Positions 63,156-64,000 of a stretch of DNA of 64,000 nucleotides are shown here, piece after piece (positions within the stretch are counted from its first letter, which is position 1; every line of letters begins with the position of its first letter). The notes beneath the pieces were generated by a model. The model worked only from the letters and a program-made list of their open reading frames with translations, did no database searches and was not told the origin of the DNA. The position numbers were made by a program, and so were the translations under genes. Origin of the DNA: an uncultured Actinomycetota bacterium (GTDB taxonomy: Bacteria > Actinomycetota > Acidimicrobiia > Spongiisociales > UBA4744); contig CAVPPF010000001.1 of NCBI GenBank assembly GCA_963707435.1, positions 35,016 through 99,015 of the forward strand. Reading direction: 5' to 3'.

Positions 63156-63559
63156 GACGGGTTGCGGTTGCGTTCCTGGCGGCGGCGGCGCTGAGCGCCT
63201 GCGCCAACTCCCACGGTCCCTGGACGGATCCGAGCGGCAATATCGCCTCTTCGGGCATCATCGTCGAGTACGACGGCTTCGCCCGGTGCGGGACCGAGGA
63301 TGTTGTGTTCATTGAGTACGTTGGACGCACCTATGCCAACGACCCCACCGGCGCGCTGGGCCCACTCGAGTCTCAAAGTGGCGCGCCCCTGACGTTCTTG
63401 GACCAGGCCGAACTGCCGGTCGATGCGGTCGCCAGCGGATACCGCCACAACATCCGCGAGGTGTGGGTCGCCCAGTCCGATTTCGACGACTATCTCTACC
63501 TCGTCTTCGACGACGATCGGGTCGAGCGTTGGCCGCGAGCCGAGATCCCCTGCGAATAG
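63146..63559 (+). CDS. Hypothetical lipoprotein
   Basis: ATG at 63146 gives MVLRRVAVAFLAAAALSACANS (lipobox LSAC). It overlaps the preceding stop. Confidence 0.55.
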   Translation: MVLRRVAVAFLAAAALSACANSHGPWTDPSGNIASSGIIVEYDGFARCGTEDVVFIEYVGRTYANDPTGALGPLESQSGAPLTFLDQAELPVDAVASGYRHNIREVWVAQSDFDDYLYLVFDDDRVERWPRAEIPCE

Positions 63560-63614
63560 GCGCTGTGGTGTCGACCGGCACCTTCTGCCATGCAGAGGGC
63601 CGGGAGCCCTGCGG

Positions 63615-64000
63615 CTAGTCGTCGTAGTCGATCAGCACGACAAGCGAGCCGCGATAGCTCGAACCGTCCATGCTGGTTCCGGCGATGATCGCGGTGAACG
63701 GCTCGAGAGCCACCCGGACGTCGCCTTCCGCACCAAACACGTCGATCAGTCCCGCCACGTCAGCGAAGAAGGACACGACGTAGTCGTCGCCGGGGAGGGC
63801 ATCGGCCGCGGCGGTGTAGGCCGGGTTGGCAGTCAGGTTCTGGCCTCCAGCACCAATCCTCGCCAGGTCACTGGTGGCGGTCCCGATCACGAATCGCTGG
63901 TCTGTTACCCCAAAAGCAACCACCTCTTCGTCCCCGTCCTCGAAGACGTAGAACTGGTTTCCGGCAACGGTGGTTGCCCTCATGGGGGTTCCCTCTGCAA
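63615..64000 (-). CDS. C-terminal part of a larger protein; the ORF stays open to the window edge
   Basis: The frame stays open upstream of the track's Met at 63983. Possibly a DUF3352-type secreted protein, but recognition is weak. Confidence 0.4.
   Translation of the reverse strand, partial: AEGTPMRATTVAGNQFYVFEDGDEEVVAFGVTDQRFVIGTATSDLARIGAGGQNLTANPAYTAAADALPGDDYVVSFFADVAGLIDVFGAEGDVRVALEPFTAIIAGTSMDGSSYRGSLVVLIDYDD

Noticed and set aside
1-64000. Search for CRISPR arrays, IS or transposase genes, integrases, prophage genes, toxin-antitoxin pairs, and rRNA or tRNA genes
   Set aside because: I found none by eye. There are no regularly spaced repeat-spacer arrays, no DDE or tyrosine-recombinase motifs, and no cloverleaf-compatible segments. 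A tRNA or ncRNA scan should still be run, because detection by eye is weak for RNAs.

Overview
This window is the origin-proximal segment of a high-GC (about two-thirds G+C by eye) chromosome of Actinomycetota type. It is densely coded, with many ATGA/GTGA start-stop overlaps.

The left part carries the replication core on the minus strand: dnaA, dnaN, recF, a DUF721/DciA-like gene, then gyrB (open at the window edge). Diverging from it on the plus strand is rpmH-rnpA-yidD-yidC-jag-rsmG-parA-parB.

Next comes a minus-strand block: pseudokinase, ECF sigma, anti-sigma, trxB, trxA, cwlM-like. Its order matches Mycobacterium tuberculosis Rv3910-Rv3915, except that the MviN/MurJ position holds a stand-alone pseudokinase.

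The rest is mostly housekeeping or accessory metabolism:
- DegV, GNAT, HDAC-like, an orphan pilT, cca and an M1 aminopeptidase
- an arginine cluster split into argC-argB and argR-argG-argH by five unrelated genes
- a LipJ-like hydrolase-cyclase, deoD and a frameshifted pepP
- a Trx-NHL lipoprotein, a GT1 glycosyltransferase, and hlyIII with a Z-prenyl diphosphate synthase
- pyrE, nfo, xylB and a sugar/oxidoreductase cluster
- a two-component system, azlCD and ino1

I saw no rRNA, tRNA, CRISPR array or recognisable transposase.

The most unusual items are:
1. A compact candidate oriC with a DnaA box, GC cluster, TAG-trio and AT-rich layout.
2. An identical 20-nt operator-like sequence in front of both arg sub-operons.
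3. An ECF sigma translationally coupled to an MGMT/Ogt-type protein.
4. A co-directional module of ECF sigma, a membrane protein with a duplicated unrecognised Cys-containing domain, a seven-repeat FG-GAP protein, and a 51-codon Cys-rich ORF. That ORF's TGA is followed by a GC hairpin and an in-frame His-rich tail.
5. Two inverted heptanucleotide arrays filling a convergent intergenic gap.

Many long ORFs in the supplied track are antisense artefacts typical of high-GC DNA and were rejected. All functional calls rest on motif and family recognition by eye, not on database searches.
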